Assembly (NCBI GenBank): GCA_963718895.1
Contig: CAVRAG010000008.1
Span: 896,001 to 960,000, forward strand
DNA: 64,000 nucleotides
Origin: an uncultured Nitrososphaerota archaeon
GTDB taxonomy: Archaea > Thermoproteota > Nitrososphaeria > Nitrososphaerales > Gagatemarchaeaceae
Reading direction: 5' to 3'
The first letter of the stretch is position 1. The number at the start of each line of letters is the position of its first letter. The notes beneath the pieces were generated by a model, which made no database searches, had not been told where the DNA came from, and saw only the letters and a program-made list of their open reading frames with translations. This document shows positions 49,906-59,960 of the stretch, piece after piece. A program made the translations under genes and the position numbers.

Positions 49906-50048
49906 CTTCGCTGCACTGCTTTGGCGCGCGCGATTCTTCAAGATAAGGTTTAGCGAAGCGCGGCGGTAGGAACCAGGGAGTCCGGCCCCCTTTTCGTGGT
50001 CGAGGGGAAGGGAAAGACGCAAAAGGGGGTGGTTTTCGCTATCTTCCC

Positions 50049-50390
50049 ATGTTCTCGAAGAGCTTCAGCGTGGCCGTTATGGTCTCGGACGCGAAGAAAT
50101 CGGCGAAGTGGTACAAGACGAAGCTGGGCTTCAACGCCTCTGTCGAAGATCACTGGGTCACCGTCTGGCCGAAGGGAGCGACCTGGAAGCTTCACCTCTG
50201 CGAGGGGAAGCTCGAGCCTGGCAACACGGGTATCGCCTTCTACGCCGAGGACCTGGAGAAGGCCGTGACTTCGCTCAAGAAGAAGGGCGTGAACTTCTCC
50301 AAGGACTACACCAAGGCCGAGTGGGGAGAGTTCGCCGGCTTCGACGACCCTGACGGAAACGTCTTCTCGTTCCTGAAGGGAAGCCCCTAG
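50049..50390 (+). CDS. VOC/glyoxalase family protein
   Basis: VSDAKKSAKWY...WG...DPDGN. Confidence 0.88.
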   Translation: MFSKSFSVAVMVSDAKKSAKWYKTKLGFNASVEDHWVTVWPKGATWKLHLCEGKLEPGNTGIAFYAEDLEKAVTSLKKKGVNFSKDYTKAEWGEFAGFDDPDGNVFSFLKGSP

Positions 50391-50456
50391 GCCCACCACA
50401 CTATCCGCTGAGAAGGAAGTTTCGGCCGCTTACGACCGGAGACAGCGATAGCGCAA

Positions 50457-51224
50457 TTGAGCCTTAGCGAGAAGGCTGGGTCCGCCCTGGAGGCCCTCGG
50501 TCTCACCAAGACCCAGGTCAAGGCGTACGTCGCGCTCATTGAGAGGGGGACCATGACCGCGAGCGAGGTCAGCAGGGCGGCGAGAATCCCATACTCGAAG
50601 GTCTACGAGGCGCTGGAGGGGCTCCACGCCAGCGGATGGATAGAGGAGCAGAAGAGCAGGCCGATCCTCTACACAGCCAAGTCTCCGGGCACTGCGATCG
50701 AGGAGATGAACTCGAGATACGACGCCGAGAGGAGGGAGAGGGAGCAGCTCGTCCTGAAGGAGCTCACCGGGATCTACGAGAAGAAGGGAGAGCAGGAGAG
50801 GCCCGAGATCTGGATACTCAGGGGGACGGCGGAGATCCTCTCGAGGCTCAGGACGATGGTCCTCGAGTGCAGGAACGAGCTGCTCATCGCGCTTCCGCTG
50901 GTCATCGCTCCCTACGCCGAGGAGATAGCGGGCATCCTGGCAGCGCTCAAGGAGAAGGGCGTCAAGATCGAGATACTCACCTCGAAGGACCTCCCTGACT
51001 CTACGCAGACGGTCCTCGGCTCCGTGGCCGAGGTGAAGACCAGGAGCGTGCTCTACGGAGGAGGAGTGATCGCAGACTCGAAGCAGGTCGTGCTCCTGCT
51101 CGGGGGAGGCGAGACGGCGAGCTCCGCTCTGGCCATCTGGGCTGAGCACATAGGCCTCGCCGGGTTCGCCAAGGACTACTTCCAGATCCTCTGGAACTCC
51201 CCGGACACCTCGAAGAAGAGGTAG
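50457..51224 (+). CDS. TrmB-family transcriptional regulator
   Basis: LGLTKTQVKAY...IPYSKVYEAL..L...GWI; PLD-like C-terminal domain. Confidence 0.9.
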   Translation: MSLSEKAGSALEALGLTKTQVKAYVALIERGTMTASEVSRAARIPYSKVYEALEGLHASGWIEEQKSRPILYTAKSPGTAIEEMNSRYDAERREREQLVLKELTGIYEKKGEQERPEIWILRGTAEILSRLRTMVLECRNELLIALPLVIAPYAEEIAGILAALKEKGVKIEILTSKDLPDSTQTVLGSVAEVKTRSVLYGGGVIADSKQVVLLLGGGETASSALAIWAEHIGLAGFAKDYFQILWNSPDTSKKR

Positions 51225-51295
51225 AGGTCCGCCGGAAGCCTTTTGCTTGGGCGAGGTCGGGTCCCAAAGATCGCTTGATTAGAGACGAGGGGTCG

Positions 51296-51605
51296 GTGGT
51301 CCAGAGGCTCACCCTCGAGCTCGGCCTGACCCGGGGCGAGGCCGAGACGTATCTTAGGGTCTTGAGAGAGGGTTCGATACCCGTCGGCGACAAGGCAGCC
51401 CATCCGCTCTTCGCGCGGGGAATGCTCGATCCGGGCCTCTGACGAAAAGGTCTATCTCCCGGTCCACCCGAGGCTGGCAATATCCAACTTGTTCCGGTCC
51501 TTTCCCGACAGGGCGTCGCCCCAGATGAAGGCTAAGAGGAGGATGGCCGACAAGCTTACCTTGGAGCTCATCCCGGCCTACGAAGCGAGGAGAGGGAGAG
51601 AATGA
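51296..51605 (+). CDS. Short TrmB-N-like protein (frameshift ~51430)
   Basis: LGLTRGEAETYL...LFARGM.../PVHPRLAISNL. Confidence 0.55.
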
Positions 51606-52030
51606 GCCAGCCCGCGCACGAGCACGAGATCGTCATGGTCGGGATGATCAACGTCGACAGGGACAACTACCTCCAGGGTACGGTCGACGTCTGGAGGTGC
51701 AGGTCCTGCAGGAGGCTCTTCTGCGACGACAAGAGGTACGGAGAGCCGCTGAGGCCGAGCGTCGGGTTCGAGGAGATCGGGCCGAACGAACAGTGGGCCA
51801 TTCTGACCTGCACCAACATCAGGGAGGTCTACATGATGAGCCTGGGCGTCGAGCCGGGCAAGAAGATCTCGCACACCTGCAAGGACGGGGCCCAACACGA
51901 GTTCACCGTGCTCGATGACTGGACGATTGCGCCGGACGACGGCGAGTCGGTCCACAGGCTCTTCATGGTGAAGGACAACATCAACAAGCACATCGAGGCA
52001 GGGTTCTACAAGCTCCGGATGCTGAAGTAG
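51602..52030 (+). CDS. Hypothetical metal-binding protein
   Basis: HEHE, CRSC, C..H motifs; host-like codon usage. Confidence 0.7.
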   Translation: MSQPAHEHEIVMVGMINVDRDNYLQGTVDVWRCRSCRRLFCDDKRYGEPLRPSVGFEEIGPNEQWAILTCTNIREVYMMSLGVEPGKKISHTCKDGAQHEFTVLDDWTIAPDDGESVHRLFMVKDNINKHIEAGFYKLRMLK

Positions 52031-52426
52031 TTGAAGCTCAAGACGGTCGCGGCAACCGTGAGCCTCCTAAACGGGGTGTGGCTCGTCGCCGCGGGCGCAT
52101 ACTGGAATCAGATATTCAGCTTCCCGCTCCTCGGATTGGGAACGAGGCAGGCAGAGAACTGGATTCTCCTGGCGTTGGCTGTGATCCTGGTGCTAGATTC
52201 GGCCATCTGCTTCTTGGGCTGGGTCGAGGCGCTCTACGCCTCGGCCGCGATCTCTGCGCTCGGCGTCATGGGCATAGCGATAGGCGGGGTTGAGTTGGCC
52301 ACGTCGGCATTTGCATTTTCTGCGTTTGTTGGCCTCCTGGCAATATCCCTGGACATCCTCGCTGCAAGGAGAACGGTGTTCATCCCGGAGGAAGACCATC
52401 CCCTGAATCTTCCGGTGTTCGGCTAG
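52031..52426 (+). CDS. Membrane protein
   Basis: 4 TM; HPLNLPVFG tail. Confidence 0.65.
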   Translation: MKLKTVAATVSLLNGVWLVAAGAYWNQIFSFPLLGLGTRQAENWILLALAVILVLDSAICFLGWVEALYASAAISALGVMGIAIGGVELATSAFAFSAFVGLLAISLDILAARRTVFIPEEDHPLNLPVFG

Positions 52427-52983
52427 AGTCTGAGGAGGGAGAGCTCCCCATCATCCACCATTCTGGTCATTCTTCCCCTGACATTCGGTACATCGATAGA
52501 GTAGTAAGACGAGTTGTTCCTGCCGAGCAGGGGTAGTCCTCGACGTGCGACCCCTAGGGCGACGCTCTTCTCGCCCTTCTGCAGATGAACGAAGGCAGCG
52601 CAGACCAAAATCAGCCCCTGAAGCAGCTTCTTCTCCTCGCCCTCGGCGGCCCTCCAGAGCGACTCTAACACTTCGTGGGCCTCCCAGAACCGCTCAGCGT
52701 TGAAGAGGGTGACCACTTCCTTCACCGCCTCCTCCGTCGGCATGAAACGCGGGGGCTCCTGGAGGTCCTTCTTGAACTCCAGCCTTCCGAGCGGCTCAAT
52801 CGCCGCCATGATGACCTGAAAATCCTGGCGAGCGGGGGCGAAGATGTCTATCTCAAGGGCCCCGTAGGAGGTCCACTTAGGGTTCACCGCCCTCCCGCCT
52901 AGGTTGGCAGCGATGCTCCGGACCGCAGACAGGAGCCGGGCGCGGTCTTTGTCTTCGGGCAGGAACCTCACGAGGAACCTCAT
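52423..52983 (-). CDS. DUF309 domain protein
   Basis: FNAERFWEAHEVLESLW...QGLI..AAFVH. Confidence 0.9.
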   Translation of the reverse strand: MRFLVRFLPEDKDRARLLSAVRSIAANLGGRAVNPKWTSYGALEIDIFAPARQDFQVIMAAIEPLGRLEFKKDLQEPPRFMPTEEAVKEVVTLFNAERFWEAHEVLESLWRAAEGEEKKLLQGLILVCAAFVHLQKGEKSVALGVARRGLPLLGRNNSSYYSIDVPNVRGRMTRMVDDGELSLLRL

Positions 52984-53096
52984 TGCCGGGCAGGTGGTCC
53001 TAGAAGACGGGCTCGGAACTCAAGATCGTGGATCACAAATCACCAGGGCTAATGTCGTCACTGCCCGCCTCTCCCAGAGATTCCGCATCCTGCATA

Positions 53097-53507
53097 TCAC
53101 CCTTTCGAGGTCATCGGCTCCGACCCGTGGAACTGCATCCAAAGCCACTTGTCCCCGCGCTTCTCGAAGACAGCACTCAGCCTGTACGGCGAGGGCGTCT
53201 CCGTCTTCCCGGTGCTCGTGCGGCAGTCTCCGGTTGCGAGTACCCAGGCCACCGAACCTGAGGTGGAGACCGAGTGCCATTTCCATTCCCACCTGTAGGT
53301 CTCGTCTCTGGAGAGTAGCCTGGTGAAGAGGGCGCGCAGGTTCTTGTAGCCTACCCCCATCTCCCAGTCTTCCGAACCCAGCATCACGACGTCCGCCTCC
53401 TGGGCGAAGAGGCTGAGCACCCCGTCGATGTCCTTCGTCCAGAAGCAGTCGCTGAATCCCTTGAGGAGGCTGAGGATGGCCTTCTCGGTCTTGGCGTCGG
53501 CCTTCAT
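53097..53507 (-). CDS. SnoaL-like (NTF2 fold) protein
   Basis: VAWV...RLSAVFEKRGDKW...HGSEP. Confidence 0.85.
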   Translation of the reverse strand: MKADAKTEKAILSLLKGFSDCFWTKDIDGVLSLFAQEADVVMLGSEDWEMGVGYKNLRALFTRLLSRDETYRWEWKWHSVSTSGSVAWVLATGDCRTSTGKTETPSPYRLSAVFEKRGDKWLWMQFHGSEPMTSKG

Positions 53508-53622
53508 CCGAGGACGATTCGCGCCGCCGCCAGATAAGCTTGAAGGTCAGGACCGCCGGCGGCGCAGGGGCCCTATGTTCAAATATAGGCCCAAAGCGCT
53601 CCTGAGTTGGAAGGGGTCAACG

Positions 53623-54162
53623 GTGGTAGAGATTGATCTGACGTGCCATCTTGAGGGATTCCGGCGGTTCCTGATAAACAGCACGTGCAGGAGCTTCATA
53701 CCAGAGTCATACCTCAGGGACGATGAGGTCTTCCCCGAGAAGGAGATGGACCCTGGCTCGATCTACATCGAGGCCGCGGACAAGGTGACGCTCAAGAAGA
53801 TCAGGGACATCACCTTCATCAACGCCCAGGACATACTCGGCATCATCTACACCTCGAAGTCCGGCAACACGAAGCTCAAGTGGCGCCAGGCGAGGGGACC
53901 GATCGGCAGGCTCACCGGAGACGCCAGCAACAACAGCCTCGTCAACCTGTCCATGGCAAGGATAATCACGCCGCAGGAGGTCGAGGAGATAATCAGGAAC
54001 GCCGGGACGGGCCCGCAGGAACCGATGGAGCAGCAGGTGAGCGAGCCGGGGATCTCGGGAGAGGATTCGGGGTTTCCCGAGGCCGGGAAGACCGCCGCAG
54101 AACTCCTGGGCGTGGAGACCGAGGAGCCCAGGCAACAGGACGACGACGGCGAGACTGGATAA
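53623..54162 (+). CDS. Conserved hypothetical protein
   Basis: Protein-like part of ORF 53428..54162 with acidic tail. Confidence 0.65.
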   Translation: MVEIDLTCHLEGFRRFLINSTCRSFIPESYLRDDEVFPEKEMDPGSIYIEAADKVTLKKIRDITFINAQDILGIIYTSKSGNTKLKWRQARGPIGRLTGDASNNSLVNLSMARIITPQEVEEIIRNAGTGPQEPMEQQVSEPGISGEDSGFPEAGKTAAELLGVETEEPRQQDDDGETG

Positions 54163-54205
54163 GACGTTCAACCTGCTTTAATACCGGCGCGTTTTCACTC
54201 GGCAC

Positions 54206-54538
54206 ATGGTCCAGGTCAGGGTTCACAGGATAAGCAGCGTAACCGAGCCGCTCACCGGCCTGCCCGCCAAGCAGATAGAACTCGTCGAGGTGAAGCAGAG
54301 GGGGAGCCAGACCTACGGGATGGGCGACGAGGGGAGGATGGTCCAGAGCATGGTCAACCAGCTGCAGTCGATGGGTCTGGTCCCCCAGGTCCGTGAGATG
54401 GTCTTCCCCAAGGTGACGATGGTCCTGACCGAGAGCGAGTACGACATGTTCGGGCTGCGCCTCGACGTCAACGACGTCTTCGAGCTCGAGATAAAGAACG
54501 GCAGTCTTGCTCTCAAGAAGTCTACCGAAGGGACATAG
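54206..54538 (+). CDS. Arcadin-1-like protein
   Basis: RV.RI.....G...KQIELVE...PK.T.VLTE.EY..FG...DVN.V.E pattern recalled from arcadin-1. Confidence 0.65.
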   Translation: MVQVRVHRISSVTEPLTGLPAKQIELVEVKQRGSQTYGMGDEGRMVQSMVNQLQSMGLVPQVREMVFPKVTMVLTESEYDMFGLRLDVNDVFELEIKNGSLALKKSTEGT

Positions 54539-54598
54539 GCACCCAACGGAAGATTTGGAAGAAGGCAGTTATATCTCCGTCTTCCACCAAGCAGTGGA

Positions 54599-55072
54599 TT
54601 GTCGAAGATAGCAGTCGGTGACAGAGCACCCGATTTTTCTCTCCATTCCCAGAGCGGAGAGGTCGTCCGCCTTAGTGACTACATCGGAAAGAAGAACGTC
54701 GTCCTCTATTTCTATCCGAAGGACTTCACCGCGGGCTGCACGGCCGAGGCTCGGGGGTTCAGGGACAGCTACCAGGAGTTCCGGGACAGCGAGACCGAGG
54801 TTATAGGGGTCAGCTCCGACAGCGTCGAGACCCATCAGCGGTTCTCCCAGCAGTGCAGCCTCCCGTTCAAGCTTCTCAGCGACTCCGGCAAGGAGCTGCG
54901 GGAGCTCTACGGGGTCTCGTCGACCCTGGGCATGTCGGGGCGCGTGACGTTCGTGATCGACAGGGAGGGCATCGTACGACACGTGTTCTCGTCCCAGCTT
55001 CGACCTACGAAACACATCAACGAAGCCCTGGACGCCCTGAAGGCCGTGAAGAAGACTCTGAGTGCTACCTGA
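54599..55072 (+). CDS. bcp: Peroxiredoxin BCP/PrxQ
   Basis: YFYPKDFTAGCTAEA, RVTFVID. Confidence 0.92.
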   Translation: MSKIAVGDRAPDFSLHSQSGEVVRLSDYIGKKNVVLYFYPKDFTAGCTAEARGFRDSYQEFRDSETEVIGVSSDSVETHQRFSQQCSLPFKLLSDSGKELRELYGVSSTLGMSGRVTFVIDREGIVRHVFSSQLRPTKHINEALDALKAVKKTLSAT

Positions 55073-55523
55073 TTACTAGCACGCTGCATGGAGCGTGCGA
55101 GACGAGCGCCCCCGAGACGCTGCCCAAGAGCAGTTTCTTGAACCCGCTCAGGCCCCGGGTCCCTACCACGATGAGGTCGACCCTCCACTCCTGGGCGTAC
55201 TCGGATATCGCCTCGACGACGGATGGGACGTTCTCTGTAATCTCGCCCCGTACCTTGACATCCTGGGCCTCAGCCTTGGAGACGATGCCCCCCACGAACG
55301 CCTCGGCTTCCTTCTTGGCCCTGTCGAAGAACTCCTCCGAGACCGGGCCGGAACCCACCGCGCCCTGGGCTCCCGTCGCCGCGTAGATGGGTGTGGGAAT
55401 CACGCTGAGGACGTAGAGGAGCGCGCCGCTCCTCTTCGCGAGGTCTATCGCCTCATCCGCAGCCCTCGAGGAGTTCGCTGAACCGTCGACCGCGACCAGG
55501 ATACCCTTGAACGAGCTCAACAC
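55065..55523 (-). CDS. Universal stress protein
   Basis: ILVAVDGS, VGTRG, LLGSVS, PCSVLV. Confidence 0.93.
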   Translation of the reverse strand: MLSSFKGILVAVDGSANSSRAADEAIDLAKRSGALLYVLSVIPTPIYAATGAQGAVGSGPVSEEFFDRAKKEAEAFVGGIVSKAEAQDVKVRGEITENVPSVVEAISEYAQEWRVDLIVVGTRGLSGFKKLLLGSVSGALVSHAPCSVLVIR

Positions 55524-55704
55524 GGTCCTAGGCTCGATTCCAACTTATGAAGATAATGGTCGGGTGCGGTCGGAGGTCATGGTAGCTTGGCTCGTGACTT
55601 TCCTAGAACGTAAGTGTCGAAGGTCCGTCGACAAGAGCAAAGCCCGAATTACGGCCTAAATCGACCTAAAAGGTAGGAATCCAACCCGCTTTTGGCAAAA
55701 GGAG

Positions 55705-55806
55705 TGGTGCGGCGTGCGGGATTCGAACCCGCGCAATAGGCTGTCTTCCCCTCATCTTCCGACGAGGGATGGGAAGCCCATATCCTAACCACTGGATCAA
55801 CGCCGC
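55705..55806 (-). tRNA. tRNA-Gly(CCC) with 27-nt intron at 37/38 (55743..55769), encoded CCA
   Basis: GCGGCGT/ACGCCGC acceptor stem, D arm, TGGGC-TTCCCA, GGTTCGAATCC T arm. Confidence 0.92.
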
Positions 55807-55905
55807 GCTGCCCGAGCAACCCTGAGTGCCAGTTATAAATCAGGTTTCGCTCGGTCAGAAATTGCGTGTCATTGGCCCATAAATCCTGAATGACCGTGTT
55901 AGCCC

Positions 55906-56310
55906 ATGGACTTGAACGAAGTTGGTACCGTGTTGTATTGGTGTGAAGGCAGCAAGAGAGAAGAGGACTACCGAGTGGAGTTCGTGAACTCAGATCCGAA
56001 GATGGTCGCTGTATTCATGAAGTACATTCGGGCCAAGCACATAGATGAGGCACGACTGAGGATCAGGATGGCAATTCATATCCAGGACGATGAGAGCGAG
56101 TGCAGAAAGTACTGGATGGGAGTCACAGGATTGAGGGACTCCAATTTCATGTGTACGATCGTGAAAGAACAAAGTCTGTGGAAGAAGCCGTTGCCTCACG
56201 GAACAGTGACAATCCGGTACAACTCCATTGCACTGCTTCAGGAGATAAAGCGCGAAATCTTGGTCTTGGCTGAAAAACTCTCGCAGAACTGTACACTGGC
56301 GACAGGCTGA
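55906..56310 (+). CDS. Free-standing LAGLIDADG-like protein
   Basis: GTVLYWCEGSK helix, FVNSDP, YW, HGT; lower GC than flanks. Confidence 0.65.
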   Translation: MDLNEVGTVLYWCEGSKREEDYRVEFVNSDPKMVAVFMKYIRAKHIDEARLRIRMAIHIQDDESECRKYWMGVTGLRDSNFMCTIVKEQSLWKKPLPHGTVTIRYNSIALLQEIKREILVLAEKLSQNCTLATG

Positions 56311-56372
56311 CTCCCTCCTATCTTCCGACAGGAGATGGGAAGCCTATATCCTAACCACTGGATCACAGCCGC
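56299..56372 (-). pseudogene. Truncated second tRNA-Gly(CCC): 5' exon + BHB intron + anticodon arm, no T arm or 3' acceptor
   Basis: GCGGCTGTGATCCAGTGGTTAGGATATAGGCTTCCCA-intron-AGCCTGTCGC; own TTATAAAT box. Confidence 0.85.
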
Positions 56373-56455
56373 GCTGCACCGGCAGGCCCGGAGGCCCATT
56401 ATAAATCGCATCTCAGCCTGGTTAAATACGTAATGAGGGGTATCCATGCGAAGCC

Positions 56456-56802
56456 TTGGCGGGCGAACTACTGCTCGGGATTACAATCCTCAGTCCGGGG
56501 GGAACAACGACCGTCCCCAGACGGGTCAGGGAGGTGTTGAAGCTGGAACCCACGCCCCACAAGAGGGGAAGATCCTGTGGACCCAGGAGGGCGATGATGT
56601 CATCGTCACGAAAGGGACGCCGCAGTCGAGCTTCAGGAAGACGATGCTCAGGAGAGGCGGAAGGGCGGCGGTCCCCAAGCACATAATGGAGGCGCTGGGG
56701 CTGAGATCCACGCCGCACAAGGAGGAGAGAATAGTGTGGATACAGAGGGGGGACGAAATCGTCGTCAGGAAAGGCGCACCGCTCTCGAGTCCCACCGACT
56801 AG
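56456..56802 (+). CDS. Tandem AbrB-domain protein (frameshift)
   Basis: GGTTTVP..VRE.L.L / GGRAAVPKHIMEALGL with repeated W.Q.GD.V.V.KG. Confidence 0.65.
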
Positions 56803-56836
56803 GAGTCTGCGTGAAAGGATGGGGATTCGACCCGTC

Positions 56837-58789
56837 CTAACCTGGCCTCAGATTCTTCGCCAGGCCCGTCCTCTCCAGCATCGAGAGATAGCGGGGGTCT
56901 GACCTCACGCCGTCCAGCTCGGATTCCACCGCCATCGCGTAGATCCTGCGGTCCAAGGATGTGAAGGCCCTCTCCAGCCACTCGAAGCCTGCGTCGTTGT
57001 CCTTCAGGATGAAATAGAGCGATGCGATCAAGAACGGACTCGCGGTCTTCACATCGGGCGAGCGTTCCACCTCGGAGAGCAGTCTGCGGCTCTCCTCAGC
57101 CCTCCCCATGGCCGCGTAGATCCAGGCATATACGAGCTTCGCGTCGGTCGGGTCGGTGAGCCTGCTGTAGATGTCGGCCATCGCCAGCGCCTCGCCGAAC
57201 ATCGACTTCGCAAGGTACGTCTGGATGAGGCTCGGGTAGACGCTGGAGAACCCGGGATCCATCTCGATGACCTTCTTCCCCTGTGCGATGGACTTGTCGA
57301 GCTCCCCGTTGTAGTAAAGGCCATCCATCAGGTTGGTGTTTATGATGAGCGACAGCGGGCTCAGCTCGACGGCCTTCCTTATCTCTGCCAGCGCCTCGGT
57401 ACGCCTCAGCTCGAACGCGAGCAGGTGGGAGTACCACTGGTGCGCGGTGGCATAGCTCGGATTGAGTTCGATGGCCTTCCGGAATGCTGCTTCGCTCCTC
57501 GCCGGGTCCCGCTCGTAGGTCAAGGATGCGGCCGCGATGACCGTGTGAGCCTCAGCCAGGCCGTCGTCCAGCGAGAGCGCATTCCGGGCGTTCTCGATAG
57601 CCCTGGGATAGTAGACCGACGGTTCATCGTAGTAATTGGCCGCCATGACCTGATAGCACTGGGCCATCCCCGCATAGCCTAGGGCGAAGGCAGGGTCGAG
57701 GTCGACGGCCATGGTGAAGAGCTCGGCAGCCTTCCTGAGCGCCTCCGGGGTCCTCCTGTTCCACTGAAACATCCCTTTCAGGTAGAGCGTGTGCGCCTCC
57801 GGGTTCCTGGTGGCGCCCTTCTCGATTCTCTTGAGCCCCTCATCGCTCAACCTGACCTTCAGGGCCTCCGCCACCTTCTGCGCGACCTCGCTCTGGATGG
57901 CGAAGACGTCGTCGAGCTGCTTGTCGTAGTTCTGGGCCCACAGGTGCCCCTCGTTGCGGGCGTCGATGAGCTGGACGGTTATCCTGACCTTGTTCCCGGC
58001 CTTCCTCACGCTCCCCTCTATCAGGGTCCCGGTGCTCAGTTCCCTGCCGATCTCGCCTATCCTCTTCGTGGAGTTCTTGTACTGCATGGTCGAGGTCCTT
58101 GCGATGACCGTGAGGTCGGTGACGGTGGCTAGCGATGTTATCAGCTCCTCGGTCATGCCCTCGGCGAAGTACTCGTCGTTCGGGTCTGGGCTCATGTTCT
58201 TCAGAGGAAGGACCGCGACCCTCCGCACATCCAGCTCCCCAACCTCCGGCGTGCTCTCCATCTCCCAGGGCATGACTATCCTGTAGACTTCGATGGGGAT
58301 GCTGACGTTCTTTAGAGTCTTGCCCTCCAGCTTCTCCAAGGGCAGGCCTATCTTGTTCCTGACCTGGTCATAGACCTGTGCCGAGATACAGACGCCTCCC
58401 GGCGCCGCGAGCGGCTCGATGCGGGAGGAGACGTTGACGGCATCGCCGAGGATGTCTCCCTGGGAGTGGACCACGTCGCCCACGTGGACGCCGACCCGGA
58501 TCTGGATGCGCCTCTCGGGCGGCAGAACCGCGTTCCTTTCGTGCATCGCCTGCTGGATCTCGGCGGAGCATGCGACCGCCTCCAGCGCGCTCGGGAACTC
58601 GACGAGGAAGGCGTCGCCGATCGTCTTCACCTCCTTCCCGTTGTGCCTGGGGAAGATCGTGCGGAGGAGTACCCGGTGCTCCTCAAGCACGAGGAGCGTT
58701 CGGGCCTCGTCAGCCTGGGAAAGGGCGGTGAAACCCACTATGTCGGTGAACATGATAGCGGCGAGCCTCCGCTCGGATTTGACTGCCAT
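56837..58789 (-). CDS. Class III adenylate/guanylate cyclase + TolB-N-like + TPR
   Basis: FTDIVGFT, KTIGDA, GDAVNVSSRIE, AVLPL.N...YFAEG, TPRs. Confidence 0.92.
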   Translation of the reverse strand: MAVKSERRLAAIMFTDIVGFTALSQADEARTLLVLEEHRVLLRTIFPRHNGKEVKTIGDAFLVEFPSALEAVACSAEIQQAMHERNAVLPPERRIQIRVGVHVGDVVHSQGDILGDAVNVSSRIEPLAAPGGVCISAQVYDQVRNKIGLPLEKLEGKTLKNVSIPIEVYRIVMPWEMESTPEVGELDVRRVAVLPLKNMSPDPNDEYFAEGMTEELITSLATVTDLTVIARTSTMQYKNSTKRIGEIGRELSTGTLIEGSVRKAGNKVRITVQLIDARNEGHLWAQNYDKQLDDVFAIQSEVAQKVAEALKVRLSDEGLKRIEKGATRNPEAHTLYLKGMFQWNRRTPEALRKAAELFTMAVDLDPAFALGYAGMAQCYQVMAANYYDEPSVYYPRAIENARNALSLDDGLAEAHTVIAAASLTYERDPARSEAAFRKAIELNPSYATAHQWYSHLLAFELRRTEALAEIRKAVELSPLSLIINTNLMDGLYYNGELDKSIAQGKKVIEMDPGFSSVYPSLIQTYLAKSMFGEALAMADIYSRLTDPTDAKLVYAWIYAAMGRAEESRRLLSEVERSPDVKTASPFLIASLYFILKDNDAGFEWLERAFTSLDRRIYAMAVESELDGVRSDPRYLSMLERTGLAKNLRPG

Positions 58790-59084
58790 CGGGCTGTGTG
58801 TTTGTACCAGCCCTCGAGTTAAAACTATTTGCTGGTCCAGCGCCCGACGCTTATCGGTCAAGCCTGCCCGGTATGATGGAGGCTACGTTCTCGACATGAA
58901 CATGGCGACCTTGTTCACCTTGAAAAGCCGGTCGTCTGCTGCCGAAACAGCAAGCGTCCTCCTTGCCTGCCTATCCGGACACCCTAGCTGCGGAGGGCCT
59001 CTGCCATCCTCACGACCCTGCAGGTCGAACCCGCCGCGCCAGGACGCTATGATCGTCTGGTGAATACTATAAATCAACCCACCC

Positions 59085-59960
59085 GTGCGCGCCACCGTGC
59101 AAAAGGACCTCCTAGACGGCGTCTCGGCGAGGATCAAGGAGCTCGGCAAGGGAGGCTACTCGAGGGTCTACAGGTCCAGCGGCCGCGAGTACCCTGATGC
59201 TCTGCACGTCCTTGTGAGCAGAATCCTGGACGCGGCGGGCGTCGAGTACCGGACCGGCGAGCCAATCTTCCCCGGCTCTCCCAGGCTGGCCGACTTTGCC
59301 GTCGGGGACAGGCTGATCATCCTCGGCGGAGACCTCAGCGCTGACGAGAGGAAGAGGGCCGCCCGCGCCGGGAAGAAGTGCGTCGTGATCGCAAAGAGCG
59401 AGATGCGCAGCGACGTCTTCGACACCGGGACGAGGGTCCTCCGTTCGGGCGACCGCTCGAAGGAGAGGCTTCAGACGATCTTCCTCGACGACCCGTCGTT
59501 CAACTTCGACTATGCACACATCCTCCCCAAGACCGAGAAGTGCTCCGTGATGCACGGGCACACGTCCTCGGTTCTCGTCGAGCTCGTGGGCTCGCCGAGG
59601 GACGGAATGGTCGTCGACTTCAACGACGCCAAGCCGATAATCAGGGAGGCGGTGCGAGGACTCGACCACAAGCTCTTCATCAGCAACAGGTACGTCACGG
59701 GGAGGGAAGGGAGGAGCGTGCTCATAGGGTTCGACACGGTCCACGGGAGGTTCGAGATGAGGGTCCCCGCCAAGACCACCGTCCTCCTCGAGGAGGAGGC
59801 GACCGTCGAGAACCTGGCGCAGGAGCTGGTCCGTAGGATAGCCCCAGGGATGCCCGAGAACGTGGAGGCCGTAGGAGTCTACGTCTACGAGGGCCTCAAC
59901 AAGGGCACCCACCTCCTTGCGCTCATCCATTCGAGAGAGGCCGAGCGGCGACGGAAGTAA
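59085..59960 (+). CDS. queD: QueD/PTPS with extra N-terminal domain
   Basis: CSVMHGH, GMVVDF, LDHK, TVENLA, VYEG. Confidence 0.85.
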   Translation: MRATVQKDLLDGVSARIKELGKGGYSRVYRSSGREYPDALHVLVSRILDAAGVEYRTGEPIFPGSPRLADFAVGDRLIILGGDLSADERKRAARAGKKCVVIAKSEMRSDVFDTGTRVLRSGDRSKERLQTIFLDDPSFNFDYAHILPKTEKCSVMHGHTSSVLVELVGSPRDGMVVDFNDAKPIIREAVRGLDHKLFISNRYVTGREGRSVLIGFDTVHGRFEMRVPAKTTVLLEEEATVENLAQELVRRIAPGMPENVEAVGVYVYEGLNKGTHLLALIHSREAERRRK

